This document shows, piece by piece, positions 9,994 through 19,445 of a stretch of DNA of 50,240 bases. The stretch is from assembly GCA_001805575.1 (NCBI GenBank), contig MHGN01000063.1, positions 1 through 50,240 of the forward strand. Direction: 5' to 3'. Below the pieces are notes generated by a model. That model had not been told where the DNA came from, did not search any database, and saw only the letters and a list, made by a program, of their open reading frames with translations. The position numbers and the translations under genes are program-made. Each line of letters opens with the position of its first letter. Within the stretch, counting starts at the first letter, position 1. The stretch is from Omnitrophica WOR_2 bacterium RIFCSPHIGHO2_02_FULL_45_21. Lineage in GTDB: Bacteria; Omnitrophota; Gorgyraeia; Gygaellales; UBA12090.

Positions 9994-10467
9994 CTAGCCT
10001 GTAGTCACAACTGAATCTACTTTATTAAATATGTCTTTTGCTGACGGTTTAAAAACTGAATTCCCTCTTTTTACAAAAATTGCCAAGTCCGGCTTGAGGT
10101 ATTTAAGGATACTATTACCCTCAATGATAATGCCTCTTGCTTTCTTAAGCATAAAGAGGGTTTTCTTAAGGCCTTGCTTTAGCCCTCGAGGACGCGCTTT
10201 AAGCCAGAGCACATCTTTTGCGCCTGCCTGCTTAAAACGTTGAGTATCTTTTCCTTTTTGCTCTATTATTTCCCTATCGCTGACTATGGCAAAATCAGAA
10301 CCCAGCTCATCACAGGCGCCACAATCCCTATGCCTGGGGCATACGTTGCCGCGATGCGAAACAGTCACCTTAATCGCAGACCAACCCCTTAGCTTCTTAA
10401 GAAGCATTTCTGCTACTTTAGTCTTGCCCACCCCGCTATGCGCCCCGGATACTGTAATTATTCTCAC
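9994..10467 (-). CDS. MobB-related P-loop NTPase with Cys cluster
   Basis: SGAHSGVGKT P-loop, CPRHRDCGAC, GKDT, IIEGNS; Moco gene context. Confidence 0.6.
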   Translation of the reverse strand: MRIITVSGAHSGVGKTKVAEMLLKKLRGWSAIKVTVSHRGNVCPRHRDCGACDELGSDFAIVSDREIIEQKGKDTQRFKQAGAKDVLWLKARPRGLKQGLKKTLFMLKKARGIIIEGNSILKYLKPDLAIFVKRGNSVFKPSAKDIFNKVDSVVTTG

Positions 10468-11288
10468 GCTTCTATGCCTAATTCCTTCATCTGGCTATAT
10501 GAAAAGTTCGGGCCGTCTAAACAGACATATTTCCCTTTTAGATAACAATGCCCGCACTTTCCTATACCGCATTTCATATAGCGTTCAAGCGAAGCCCAGA
10601 TATTCGGCTCTTTAAATCCAAACTTTAATATATCTCTAATGGCAAATTTAATCATTAGCGCAGGGCCGCAGATAAACGCAAAAGAAGTTTTAGGATTTAA
10701 CTTAATTTTAGGAAACAAGACGCAGACCACGCCGCAGGACCCGCCCCATTTTTCATCCGGCTCATCCACGGTAAGATGAACCTTGGTATCAGGGTTATTC
10801 TGCCAGGATTCCATCTCAGCCCTATAAAATCTATCCCCGGGGGTTCGGCAACCATAGATAATCTCAATTTTACCATACTCTTTTCTGTGTTTAAACACAT
10901 ATTGGATAAGCGAACGAAGCGGCGCAATACCGCAGCCCCCGGCCACAAAAAGCAAGTCTTTTTTTTTGAGCTTCTCTAAGGGAAATGTATTTCCATACGG
11001 CCCGCGCACCCCGACAATATCTTTTTCTTTAAACTGATGTAAAGCGTTGGTAAGAGCGCCAACCCTTCTTACTGAGACCTGAAACCTTCCGTCTTTACCG
11101 GGAATTGAGGCAAAGGTAAACGGCGCCTCCCCAAACCCGGCCAAAGAGAGCATCAAAAACTGCCCTGGCTTATATTTTAATCTGCCGTAGGCTCTATGAT
11201 TAAGACAAAGCAGAAAGGTCTTCGTATCTGAAGACTCCTGAATAATCTTCTCAATAATTGCTTTTTTGGGTAAATATTCGTTGTTCAT
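10464..11288 (-). CDS. FAD/NAD(P)-binding [2Fe-2S] subunit (AsrB / sulfhydrogenase gamma family)
   Basis: PGQF, RGPYGN, AGGCGIAP, CGP, ERYMKCGIGKCGHC...VCLDGP. Confidence 0.85.
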   Translation of the reverse strand: MNNEYLPKKAIIEKIIQESSDTKTFLLCLNHRAYGRLKYKPGQFLMLSLAGFGEAPFTFASIPGKDGRFQVSVRRVGALTNALHQFKEKDIVGVRGPYGNTFPLEKLKKKDLLFVAGGCGIAPLRSLIQYVFKHRKEYGKIEIIYGCRTPGDRFYRAEMESWQNNPDTKVHLTVDEPDEKWGGSCGVVCVLFPKIKLNPKTSFAFICGPALMIKFAIRDILKFGFKEPNIWASLERYMKCGIGKCGHCYLKGKYVCLDGPNFSYSQMKELGIEA

Positions 11289-11342
11289 CTCGTAATAAGA
11301 TGTCAGTATGATAATATGGGGGCGGCAAGGCCAAGACCCATA

Positions 11343-12374
11343 TTATCCATTTAAGATAACAGTATCAATGAACTTTTTTATACTGATATTTCCCGGACAG
11401 GCCTGAATACACCTGCCACAGCCCACGCAGCTGGGCGTTCCATAGCGCTGGAGATCAACATTTAGTTTATGCTCAAAAAATCTGCGGATATGCTCCTTAT
11501 GCAGAGGAAAGGGAGTGCTGCCTCCTGCCATGCGGGTAAAGCCGGCATAGGGACAGCCGTCGCAATAACGTAAGCGCACACCTTTATCGCCATCTAATCT
11601 GTCCACGATGCTAAAACAACTGCAGGTCGGACATAAGGTTATACAGCCGGAACAGACTACACAGCGCTGTCCAATATCGTCCCAGACCTCCGGGCTGACT
11701 TTATCTTCCTGCATTATATTTGCTAACTTCTTAAAATCTATTTTTTTAACTCTCTCTGCAAAATTCTTTAAGAGAGCTTTAATTTCTTTTTCATCATCAG
11801 GCAAAGCCTTAGAGAATAATTTCTTATTTTTCTGAATTATCTGACTGCCCTTTTTTGAGCCGGCTTCTGCCAGATATCCGCGGCTTAGAGGAATAAGCTG
11901 CAAATCAAACCCCTCTTTAGCAACAGGCCCGGCATCCATCAAATTGCAGAAGGATTTTGCAAAACAACGCTTTCCACAGGCAAGACTGATAAAAACAGAA
12001 TGCTCTAACTTTTGCTTGTAAAAGGTATCCTCAATTCCTTGAAGAAAAAATTCCTTCATTAGGCTTATTGCCTTAATATCGCAGGGGCGAACCCCGTAAA
12101 ATATCCGCGTCTTTTTATCTTCTATCGGCCTAAAGCCGCAATTCTTAACTGACTGTATCTCAAAAAGTGGCTCTGTCTGCGGCAGCAAAAACGCCCGCGG
12201 CGAGATAACGGAATTACCCTCATACTCCAAAAGCTCTCCGCCTTCATTTTTCGCATCGCCAAAGACAAGATCATCTAAATGCTCTCTCTTGGGCGCGATA
12301 AACTCATCACAATCTTTTTTAAGACTTGCGATAAGAACTTTTAGATTTTCTTTCGTGATAAAGAATCTTTGCAT
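11343..12374 (-). CDS. 4Fe-4S dicluster subunit (AsrA / sulfhydrogenase beta family)
   Basis: GVRPCD, CVVCSGCITLCPTCSCF, HK, CVGCGRCIQACP. Confidence 0.85.
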   Translation of the reverse strand: MQRFFITKENLKVLIASLKKDCDEFIAPKREHLDDLVFGDAKNEGGELLEYEGNSVISPRAFLLPQTEPLFEIQSVKNCGFRPIEDKKTRIFYGVRPCDIKAISLMKEFFLQGIEDTFYKQKLEHSVFISLACGKRCFAKSFCNLMDAGPVAKEGFDLQLIPLSRGYLAEAGSKKGSQIIQKNKKLFSKALPDDEKEIKALLKNFAERVKKIDFKKLANIMQEDKVSPEVWDDIGQRCVVCSGCITLCPTCSCFSIVDRLDGDKGVRLRYCDGCPYAGFTRMAGGSTPFPLHKEHIRRFFEHKLNVDLQRYGTPSCVGCGRCIQACPGNISIKKFIDTVILNG

Positions 12375-12394
12375 TAGCTATAAACTATCAGCTA

Positions 12395-14470
12395 TCAGCT
12401 GCTTGGTTTTTCCACCCTTGCGGCACAGGCCTTGTATTCGCCTATTCGGCAGACCGGGTCAAAGGCATTGTTGGTTAAGACATTAGTCGGCTGATCGCTG
12501 AAGTGAAAGGGCATCCAGAGCACGCCTGCTTTTATCTTATCGGTAACCTCTGGCCATACCTCTAATTCTCCACGACGGGTCTTTACCCTTACCTTCTCCT
12601 CACTTTTTACCCCCAACTTTTGAGCATCTAGAGGATTTATCTGCACAAAGTTACGCGGATGTTCTCTTAAGAGATTCGTCGTCCTTCTGGTCATTGTGCC
12701 GGTATTATAATGAAATAACATTCTACCGGTAGTCAAAATAAAGGGATATTCACTATCAGGCGTCTCTGCCGGAGGCTTGTGCTTAACCGGAATAAATTTT
12801 CCTAATCCTCTGATAAATTTTTCCAAGTGGACAACGGGTGTGCCGGGATGTTCTTTAGAATATACCGGCCACTGTAAACCGTTTTCTTCAAGGCGCTTGA
12901 AACTCACACCTCTAAATAGAGGAGTTAAAGAAGCCATCTCAGCGCAAGCCTGTTCTGGGTCTGCATCCATCGGATAACCCAAGCGCTTGGCGAGCTCACA
13001 AATTATCTGGCCATCAGTTTTACCGGCGATGGGCTCAATTGCCTTGCGCACCCTTTGAAACCTGCGTTCGGCGCAGGTAAATGTGCCGTCTTTCTCGGCA
13101 AAAGATGCTCCCGGTAAAACCACATCTGCCTTCTTGGCGGTTTCGCTCATAAAAATTTCCTGAACTACCAGAAACTCTAAACTATCTAAAGCCTTTTCTA
13201 TCCAGTGCGTATTCGGGTCTGTGCGCAATTGGTCTTCTCCGATGATGTAGAAACACTTCAAACTTCCCTCAATTGCCTTAAATATCATATCGGTAAGAGT
13301 AAGGCCATTAGCAGTCGGTAGGCTTACCGCCCAGGCATTCTCAAATTTCTTACGTACGTCCTCGTCGGTAACCGGCTGATATCCGGAATACACATTCGGC
13401 AAGGCCCCCATATCACAGGCACCCTGGACATTGTTTTGCCCGCGCATCGGATATAACCCTGAGAATTCTTTACCTACATGGCCGCAAACCATACTCAAGT
13501 TAGCCATCGCAATAACATTGTCTGTGCCTACGGTATGCTCGGTCATACCCAAAGAATACATTATGCAGGACCTTTTGCTTGTGGCATAAAGTTTAGCCGC
13601 TTGTTTAATCAGCGCAGGCTCAACTCCGGTTGTATCTCTTATTGATTCAGGGGTATAATCCTTAACCACCTCCCAGAAGACATCAAAACCCTCTGTCCTT
13701 TTGGCAATAAACTCCTTATCGTGCAAGCCTTCACTAACAATAAACTGTATCATGGCATTGATAAGCGCAATGTCTGAACCGGGATAATGCTGAATATAAA
13801 CACTTGCATTTTCAGCCGGCAATATCTTTCTGGGATCACAAACAATTATTTTTGTTCCGTTGTCTATAGCTGTGCGCACGCGCCAGCCGACTATTGGGTG
13901 CGCTTCAGTCGGATTTGAGCCGATAATCAGGATGCAATCCATAAAAGGAATTTCATCATAAGAATTTGTGCTCGCTCCGGAACCAAAAGATTGATTTAAA
14001 CCGGCAACAGTTGGCACATGGCAGGTCCTGGCGCAGTGGTCAACATTATTTGTGCCCAGGACTGCGCGGGCGAATTTCATCATCAGGAAGTTTTCTTCAT
14101 TAGTGCAGCGGGCAGAGGTGCATACGGAAAGAGCATCGGGCCCGTATTTATCTTTGAGCTCTTTCAAGCGGCCGGCCACATAATCTAATGCGCTGCCCCA
14201 GGAGGCCTCTTTGAATTTGCCGTTTTCTTTGATCAGCGGTTTCTTTAGACGGTCAGGGTGCTCAACCGGCTCATGGGCATGCCAGCCCTTAACACAAAGA
14301 TAACCCTTTGAAACAATATTTGACTTAGAAGGAATGATGCCGACAATCCTGCCGTCTCTTACATCAAGATAAAACCCGCAGCCAACCCCGCAATAGGGAC
14401 AGGTAGTCAGGACTCTCTTCAATGGAGTTTCTTCCTTTCTTGCATTTATAGACCTGTTCTCTAAATACAA
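12395..14470 (-). CDS. fdhF: Cytoplasmic Mo/W formate dehydrogenase alpha subunit (Cys ligand)
   Basis: TTCPYCGVGC, LCVKG, NNVDHCARTCH, RGQNNVQGACDMG, EYKACA; no Tat leader; start uncertain. Confidence 0.93.
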   Translation of the reverse strand: MYLENRSINARKEETPLKRVLTTCPYCGVGCGFYLDVRDGRIVGIIPSKSNIVSKGYLCVKGWHAHEPVEHPDRLKKPLIKENGKFKEASWGSALDYVAGRLKELKDKYGPDALSVCTSARCTNEENFLMMKFARAVLGTNNVDHCARTCHVPTVAGLNQSFGSGASTNSYDEIPFMDCILIIGSNPTEAHPIVGWRVRTAIDNGTKIIVCDPRKILPAENASVYIQHYPGSDIALINAMIQFIVSEGLHDKEFIAKRTEGFDVFWEVVKDYTPESIRDTTGVEPALIKQAAKLYATSKRSCIMYSLGMTEHTVGTDNVIAMANLSMVCGHVGKEFSGLYPMRGQNNVQGACDMGALPNVYSGYQPVTDEDVRKKFENAWAVSLPTANGLTLTDMIFKAIEGSLKCFYIIGEDQLRTDPNTHWIEKALDSLEFLVVQEIFMSETAKKADVVLPGASFAEKDGTFTCAERRFQRVRKAIEPIAGKTDGQIICELAKRLGYPMDADPEQACAEMASLTPLFRGVSFKRLEENGLQWPVYSKEHPGTPVVHLEKFIRGLGKFIPVKHKPPAETPDSEYPFILTTGRMLFHYNTGTMTRRTTNLLREHPRNFVQINPLDAQKLGVKSEEKVRVKTRRGELEVWPEVTDKIKAGVLWMPFHFSDQPTNVLTNNAFDPVCRIGEYKACAARVEKPSS

Positions 14471-14473
14471 ATG

Positions 14474-15352
14474 TTATTCTTTTTTGCCGCGCAGGTAGAT
14501 AAACCAATACACCAGACCCACCAGCACCCCTCCGCCAATAATATTTCCCAGAGTAACCGGCAAAAGATTTTTCATAAAGAGCCCCCGTATTGTAAGGCAG
14601 GAAAAATCATTTACCTTTCCGGTCAAAACAGCTGCTGCCTCTAAGACCGCGGGGTTATTTTTCAACAATAATCCCATAGGGATAAAATACATATTGGCAA
14701 CGCTGTGCTCAAATCCCAATGCCACAAAGGCAGTAATAGGAAAGAGTATGGAGAGTATCTTGTCAGTGGTAGTGCGCCCACTCATACACAGCCAAACTGC
14801 AAGGCAGACTAAGGCATTACATAAGACGCCTCGCGAAAAAGCAACGATAAAAGGAAGGCTAACCTTGGCATTAGCGATCAAAAGCGCCTTTGCCCCAACG
14901 AGATTAGTATTCATCTGCCACTGGCGGGTAAGATATATCCAAAGCGCTATTGAAACCGCTCCCGCAAAATTGCCGAAATAAACAACCACCCAATTCTCTA
15001 ATAACTGGCCTAAGCTTATTTTCTTAGAAACATACGCCATCACCAAAAGATTATTCCCGGTAAACAGCTCGGCCCCTGCCACCACCACCAAAATCAGGCC
15101 TAAGCAGAATGACAAGCCGCCGATAGCTTGAGTAAGGCCAAAACTCATTTTAGAATCGTGCACTACCAGAGTAAATAATACCGCGCCAAAGGCAATGAAT
15201 ACCCCGGCAAGCACCGATAAGGTGAATTTTGCCAGGAACTTTAAATTTGCCTTGCCTGTGCCAATCGTTTCAACGCGCGAGGCAATTTCTTTGGGAGAGT
15301 AGGCATCAAATTTTATCTCGGAGGCAATTATTTCTGTCATTGTGTATTTCAA
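14474..15352 (-). CDS. fdhC: Formate/nitrite transporter (FNT) family channel
   Basis: GAELFTGN, CNALVCLAVW, GFEHSVANM, VTLGNIIGG. Confidence 0.93.
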   Translation of the reverse strand: MKYTMTEIIASEIKFDAYSPKEIASRVETIGTGKANLKFLAKFTLSVLAGVFIAFGAVLFTLVVHDSKMSFGLTQAIGGLSFCLGLILVVVAGAELFTGNNLLVMAYVSKKISLGQLLENWVVVYFGNFAGAVSIALWIYLTRQWQMNTNLVGAKALLIANAKVSLPFIVAFSRGVLCNALVCLAVWLCMSGRTTTDKILSILFPITAFVALGFEHSVANMYFIPMGLLLKNNPAVLEAAAVLTGKVNDFSCLTIRGLFMKNLLPVTLGNIIGGGVLVGLVYWFIYLRGKKE

Positions 15353-15375
15353 GGCCTATCCTCGCTAAAACGAGG

Positions 15376-16029
15376 CTACGTCTTGCCCTTGCATGGGTAT
15401 TTTATCCCTATCAATTCTTCTGGCGTATTGATATTTACTAATGAAAGTAAGCCGGGGTCAATTCTCTCTATCTCCTGCCTTGATAAAAAGCGTGCATTCA
15501 ATTTAGGAAATATACTTCTGATGCGCAATTCATTCTTTTCTAACATCTCTTCCATAACCGGAATGCAGGATTTTGAATAGAGACCGAAAAGTGTGTGAAA
15601 CTTTTCACTAACTCTAGAAATAACTATATCATAATTGTCGCGGTTGTCAATGATGAATTTTATTAAAGAGGTATTGATAAAAGGCATATCGCAGGCAACG
15701 ACAAAATTATATTTGCAGGAAGAGGCCTTTAACCCGCAGTAAATGCCCATAAGCGGGCCTTTACCAGGATGTTCATCCTTAATAGTCTTAACTTTAAAGC
15801 TAACATATTTCTCGGGGCTGTTGGTTACGACTATTATTTGTCTTACCCCGTTTGAAATCTCTTTCTCTTTAGAGCTTGCGCAGTAGTTTTGAACGGGGCT
15901 GAGCAACGTCTTTAATTTCTCAATGATCCTGGCGACGATAGGTTTTCCCTCTATTTCTATAAAGGCCTTATCTTCTCCCTGCATCCTTGTATTCCTGCCG
16001 CCAGCCAGAATTATGGCGTTTAATTCCAT
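15376..16029 (-). CDS. mobA: Molybdenum cofactor guanylyltransferase (with about 18-aa palindromic insert)
   Basis: ILAGG, GPLMGI, VACDMPF, NINTPE. Confidence 0.93.
   Translation of the reverse strand: MELNAIILAGGRNTRMQGEDKAFIEIEGKPIVARIIEKLKTLLSPVQNYCASSKEKEISNGVRQIIVVTNSPEKYVSFKVKTIKDEHPGKGPLMGIYCGLKASSCKYNFVVACDMPFINTSLIKFIIDNRDNYDIVISRVSEKFHTLFGLYSKSCIPVMEEMLEKNELRIRSIFPKLNARFLSRQEIERIDPGLLSLVNINTPEELIGIKYPCKGKT
15845..15899. repeat. In-frame palindromic insert in mobA (CCCCGTTTGAAA...TTTGAACGGGG)
   Basis: Imperfect terminal inverted repeats; encodes SPVQNYCASSKEKEISNGV between the MobA helix and the IIVVTN strand. Confidence 0.6.
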
Positions 16030-16721
16030 CGGGAAACCCAGATGCCTATTTCATAGAGAAGAATCATCGGGAGAGCCAATAAACACATATTAAACGGATC
16101 TGTCGTAGGAGTGACGATTGCCGCCGCAATCAAGAGCAGGGCATAGGCATATTTTCTTTTTTTCCTTAAAAACTCAGGGGTGGCAATTTTTAATCTGGTA
16201 AGTATCCATATCAAAACCGGAGTCTCAAAAACCAACCCGCATCCCAAAACTAAAGCTAAAACAAAGGAAAGATATTTGCTTAGAGAGATGACCGGGGTAA
16301 GCTCATCTCCTGCGATAGCCAAAAGAAACTTTAACGATATGGGGGTCAAAAACAAATAGCCGAAGGCGCATCCTAAAAGAAAAGCCAGCAGGGCGAGCGA
16401 GATAAAACTTAGGGCAAATCTTTTTTGTTTCTCTGCTAAGGCAGGCAGGATAAATCCCCAGATTTGATAGAGAATCACCGGCAGAGATAAAATCAGGCCG
16501 CTAAATAGCGATATTTTAAAATAGACAAGCACAACTTCCTGGGGGCTGAAAAAGGCTAACTTCTCAATAACCCCTTGGGCAGGAATGCGCAAGAAAAATA
16601 GCAGTGATTTTGCAAAGGGCACGCTGAAAACTACTGTCAGCAAAAAGGGAATCAGGCAATAGATCAGCCGCTTTCTCAATTCGGCAAGGTGTCCAACTAA
16701 GGTTAATTCTTTCTCCGGCAT
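16020..16721 (-). CDS. tatC: Twin-arginine translocase subunit TatC
   Basis: HLAELRKRL, YQIWGFILPAL, FETP, AAIVTP.TDP. Confidence 0.95.
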   Translation of the reverse strand: MPEKELTLVGHLAELRKRLIYCLIPFLLTVVFSVPFAKSLLFFLRIPAQGVIEKLAFFSPQEVVLVYFKISLFSGLILSLPVILYQIWGFILPALAEKQKRFALSFISLALLAFLLGCAFGYLFLTPISLKFLLAIAGDELTPVISLSKYLSFVLALVLGCGLVFETPVLIWILTRLKIATPEFLRKKRKYAYALLLIAAAIVTPTTDPFNMCLLALPMILLYEIGIWVSRWN

Positions 16722-16727
16722 TACTTC

Positions 16728-16913
16728 TTAGCCTTTGGGCTTTGCTTCTTCTTTTTTCTCTTCCTTTTCCTCAGTTGCCTCGCGCATGCCCTTTTTAAAT
16801 TCTGAAATCGTTTTGCCAATAGCTTTGCCTATTTCTGGAAGCTTGGCAGCTCCAAAAATAAGCAGTAAAATCACCAAAATAATAATCAACTCCGGCATCC
16901 CTAATCCAAACAT
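16728..16913 (-). CDS. tatA: Twin-arginine translocase subunit TatA
   Basis: [10 protein letters not shown]...[14 protein letters not shown]; GAGGAGG RBS. Confidence 0.95.
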   Translation of the reverse strand: MFGLGMPELIIILVILLLIFGAAKLPEIGKAIGKTISEFKKGMREATEEKEEKKEEAKPKG

Positions 16914-17024
16914 AGCATTCCCTCCTCGTTTTTCAAACCAAAACCCATTATTTTTGCGTTTCCCTATTTATTATACCCCTTTTTACCTAAATAGAATAGT
17001 ATTTTTTACCTTATATGTTAGAAT

Positions 17025-19415
17025 ATGGCTATGGCGAGAATACGGCTTGCCCTTCTGTTGATGGGTTTTAGCTCCCTGATAATCCAGACTCTCCTCATCC
17101 GTGAATTTCTCATCAGCTTCTACGGCAACGAGCTAACCATCGGATTAATCTTAGCTAACTGGATAATCTTAGAGGCATTCGGAAGCGGCCTGATTAATCC
17201 ATTCTCCGCAAAATCAAAAAAGCCGCAGCTTGTCTACGCCCTTTTACAGGCAGCTATTGCTTTATACCTGCCAATAAGCATCTATCTTATTCGCAATGTA
17301 AAAAATATCTTAGGGCTTACCCTGGGCGAAGGGATAGGAATCCTGCCCATATTCTTCAGTTCTCTGTTTATCCTTGCGCCTTTAAGCATCCTTGACGGAG
17401 CCCAGTTTCCCTTCGGCTGCCGCATACTCTCGGACAGGGAAAAAAGTCCGCTAGAATCCGCGGGCAAAGTCTATATCTTGGAGGCAATGGGATTTATTCT
17501 GGCCGGCCCTATTTTTACCTATCTTCTGGTTACGAAACTCAATTCCTTTGCCATTGCCTTTTTATTAGGCGGGCTTAACCTATTCTCTGCCGCGGCCCTT
17601 CTTAAGAGAAAACTTTCTGATTTCTCATATAGAACTTCTTTTGTGGTTATAAGCACTTTGTTCTTCCTTAACGGATATTTCCTCCTTAACCAGGCAGAAA
17701 TCCTCCACTGGCATTCCTTGAATAAACAATGGCAGAATCAACAGGTGCTTACTTACCAAAACTCTATCTATGGCAATCTGGCAGTAACCAAGTCGGGAGA
17801 GCAATTTACCTTCTACAGCGACGGAATCCCTATTATCAGCGCTCCCCTGCCTGACATCGCCTCTAGCGAAGAATTAGTGCATTTTTCTATGCTGGCGCAT
17901 CCTAAACCCAAAAACGTCCTCTTATTAAGCGGAGGCGCAGGCGGCATTATCAAGGAAATCCTTAAACACCCGATCGATAAACTAACCTATACTGAACTTG
18001 ACCCTCTACTGATAAAACTAATTAAGGATTTCCCCACCCGGTTAACCCAGGAGGAATTAAGCGACCCGCGGCTTGAGATTAAATATATTGACGGCAGAAG
18101 ATTTCTGTTGCTTACAGAATCAAAATACGATCTGGTTATCCTTCATCTGCCAGCGCCCTCTACCTTACAATTAAACCGCTTTTATACTCAGGAATTTTTT
18201 CAAAAGGTCAAATCTATTTTGGCTGAAGACGGGTTCCTCTCTTTTGGCCTCCCGGGATCCTTAAGCTACCTCAACCCGCAATTACGTAACCTCAATGGCT
18301 CAATATTGGCTACGGCTGAAGATGTATTTGGCAGGGTAAACATCATCCCCGGAGATTTTAATCTTTATCTTGCCTCAAAAACAACTCCCCAGAAGTTAAG
18401 CCAGCAAGGCGACGGTTTGGCTTTCCCTTTAGCCAAAGCCATAAGCCAGCAAGGCAATGGTTTGGCTTTCCCTTTAGCCGCAGCCATAAGCCCGCAGGCA
18501 ATGGTGCGGCTTCCGATAGCCGCAGCCATAAGCCCGCAAGTTTTCCTTAACCGGCTTGAAGAAAGAAATATTCAGACCCAGCTTTTAAACAAATTTCATC
18601 TTGAATACCGCCTTGACCCTCGCTGGTTAGCCTGGTTTAAGGATTCCCTCGGCGATTATAAGCACATGAGAAGAAACTCTGACCTTCTGCCTTCCGGAAC
18701 CTTCTACAGCATCGCTTACTGGAACAGCGCATTTTCAAGCAGGCTGCAAGGATTATTTAACGGTTTAGACAAGCTGAATTTCTCTATAATTATGCTCTGG
18801 CTTGGACTGGCTGCTTTAGTTATATTGCTTTTAAAGAGGTTCGTTGTTAAATTGAAAAGATTCTCTATCGGATTTGCTATTACCACTACCGGTTTTATCG
18901 GAATGAGCTTTGACCTTATCTTTATCTACGCCTATCAGTCATTTTACGGCTTTGTCTTTAGCCACCTTGCCCTCTTAGTTTGCGCCTTTATGGCCGGCAT
19001 TACCTTAGGCGGCTGGATGATCACCAAAAGGCTAAACCGGATAAAGAATGATTTCATCCTCTTCTCAAGAATAGAATTAATCCTTGCGGGTTTTTGCTTA
19101 GCGGTGTGGCTGCTGCTGCAATACTTGAAATATATAAGCCTGACGGAATTCTCTTATCTTTTCTTTGTCTTAGCCGCTCTTTCGGGCTCTCTTGTGGGCC
19201 TGGAATTTCCTTTAGCAAATAAAATTTATGGGAAAGATAAAACCCACACCAAAAGCGCGGGGCTGCTCTATTGCCTTGACCTTTTTGGGGCATGGCTGGC
19301 AGCCCTGATTGTCTCAATAGCTTTTGTGCCGGTCATAGGGATAATAAAGACCTGCCTTATTTTGGCCTTCCTAAAAGCTATAAGCTTTGCCTTTGTTGTT
19401 TTATTTAAGAACTAA
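17025..19415 (+). CDS. Membrane protein with spermidine synthase-like domain (fused MFS/spermidine synthase family)
   Basis: N- and C-terminal TM bundles; SIYGNL, EELVH, LLSGGAGG, ELDP, DGRRFL, NRFYTQEFF. Confidence 0.8.
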   Translation: MAMARIRLALLLMGFSSLIIQTLLIREFLISFYGNELTIGLILANWIILEAFGSGLINPFSAKSKKPQLVYALLQAAIALYLPISIYLIRNVKNILGLTLGEGIGILPIFFSSLFILAPLSILDGAQFPFGCRILSDREKSPLESAGKVYILEAMGFILAGPIFTYLLVTKLNSFAIAFLLGGLNLFSAAALLKRKLSDFSYRTSFVVISTLFFLNGYFLLNQAEILHWHSLNKQWQNQQVLTYQNSIYGNLAVTKSGEQFTFYSDGIPIISAPLPDIASSEELVHFSMLAHPKPKNVLLLSGGAGGIIKEILKHPIDKLTYTELDPLLIKLIKDFPTRLTQEELSDPRLEIKYIDGRRFLLLTESKYDLVILHLPAPSTLQLNRFYTQEFFQKVKSILAEDGFLSFGLPGSLSYLNPQLRNLNGSILATAEDVFGRVNIIPGDFNLYLASKTTPQKLSQQGDGLAFPLAKAISQQGNGLAFPLAAAISPQAMVRLPIAAAISPQVFLNRLEERNIQTQLLNKFHLEYRLDPRWLAWFKDSLGDYKHMRRNSDLLPSGTFYSIAYWNSAFSSRLQGLFNGLDKLNFSIIMLWLGLAALVILLLKRFVVKLKRFSIGFAITTTGFIGMSFDLIFIYAYQSFYGFVFSHLALLVCAFMAGITLGGWMITKRLNRIKNDFILFSRIELILAGFCLAVWLLLQYLKYISLTEFSYLFFVLAALSGSLVGLEFPLANKIYGKDKTHTKSAGLLYCLDLFGAWLAALIVSIAFVPVIGIIKTCLILAFLKAISFAFVVLFKN
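18397..18534 (+). repeat. Three tandem in-frame hairpin units (45, 45, 42 bp) bounded by TAAGCC
   Basis: TAAGCC at 18397, 18442, 18487 and 18529; protein shows SQQGDGLAFPLAKAI/SQQGNGLAFPLAAAI/SPQAMVRLPIAAAI. Confidence 0.9.
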
Positions 19416-19445
19416 ATTAAACCAACAATGCATCTTAAGATTGGT

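Noticed and set aside
12395-14470. Selenocysteine formate dehydrogenase
   Set aside because: The ligand position is Cys (CARTCH) in an uninterrupted frame
18397-18534. CRISPR array
   Set aside because: No unique spacers, lies in frame within a CDS, and no cas genes nearby
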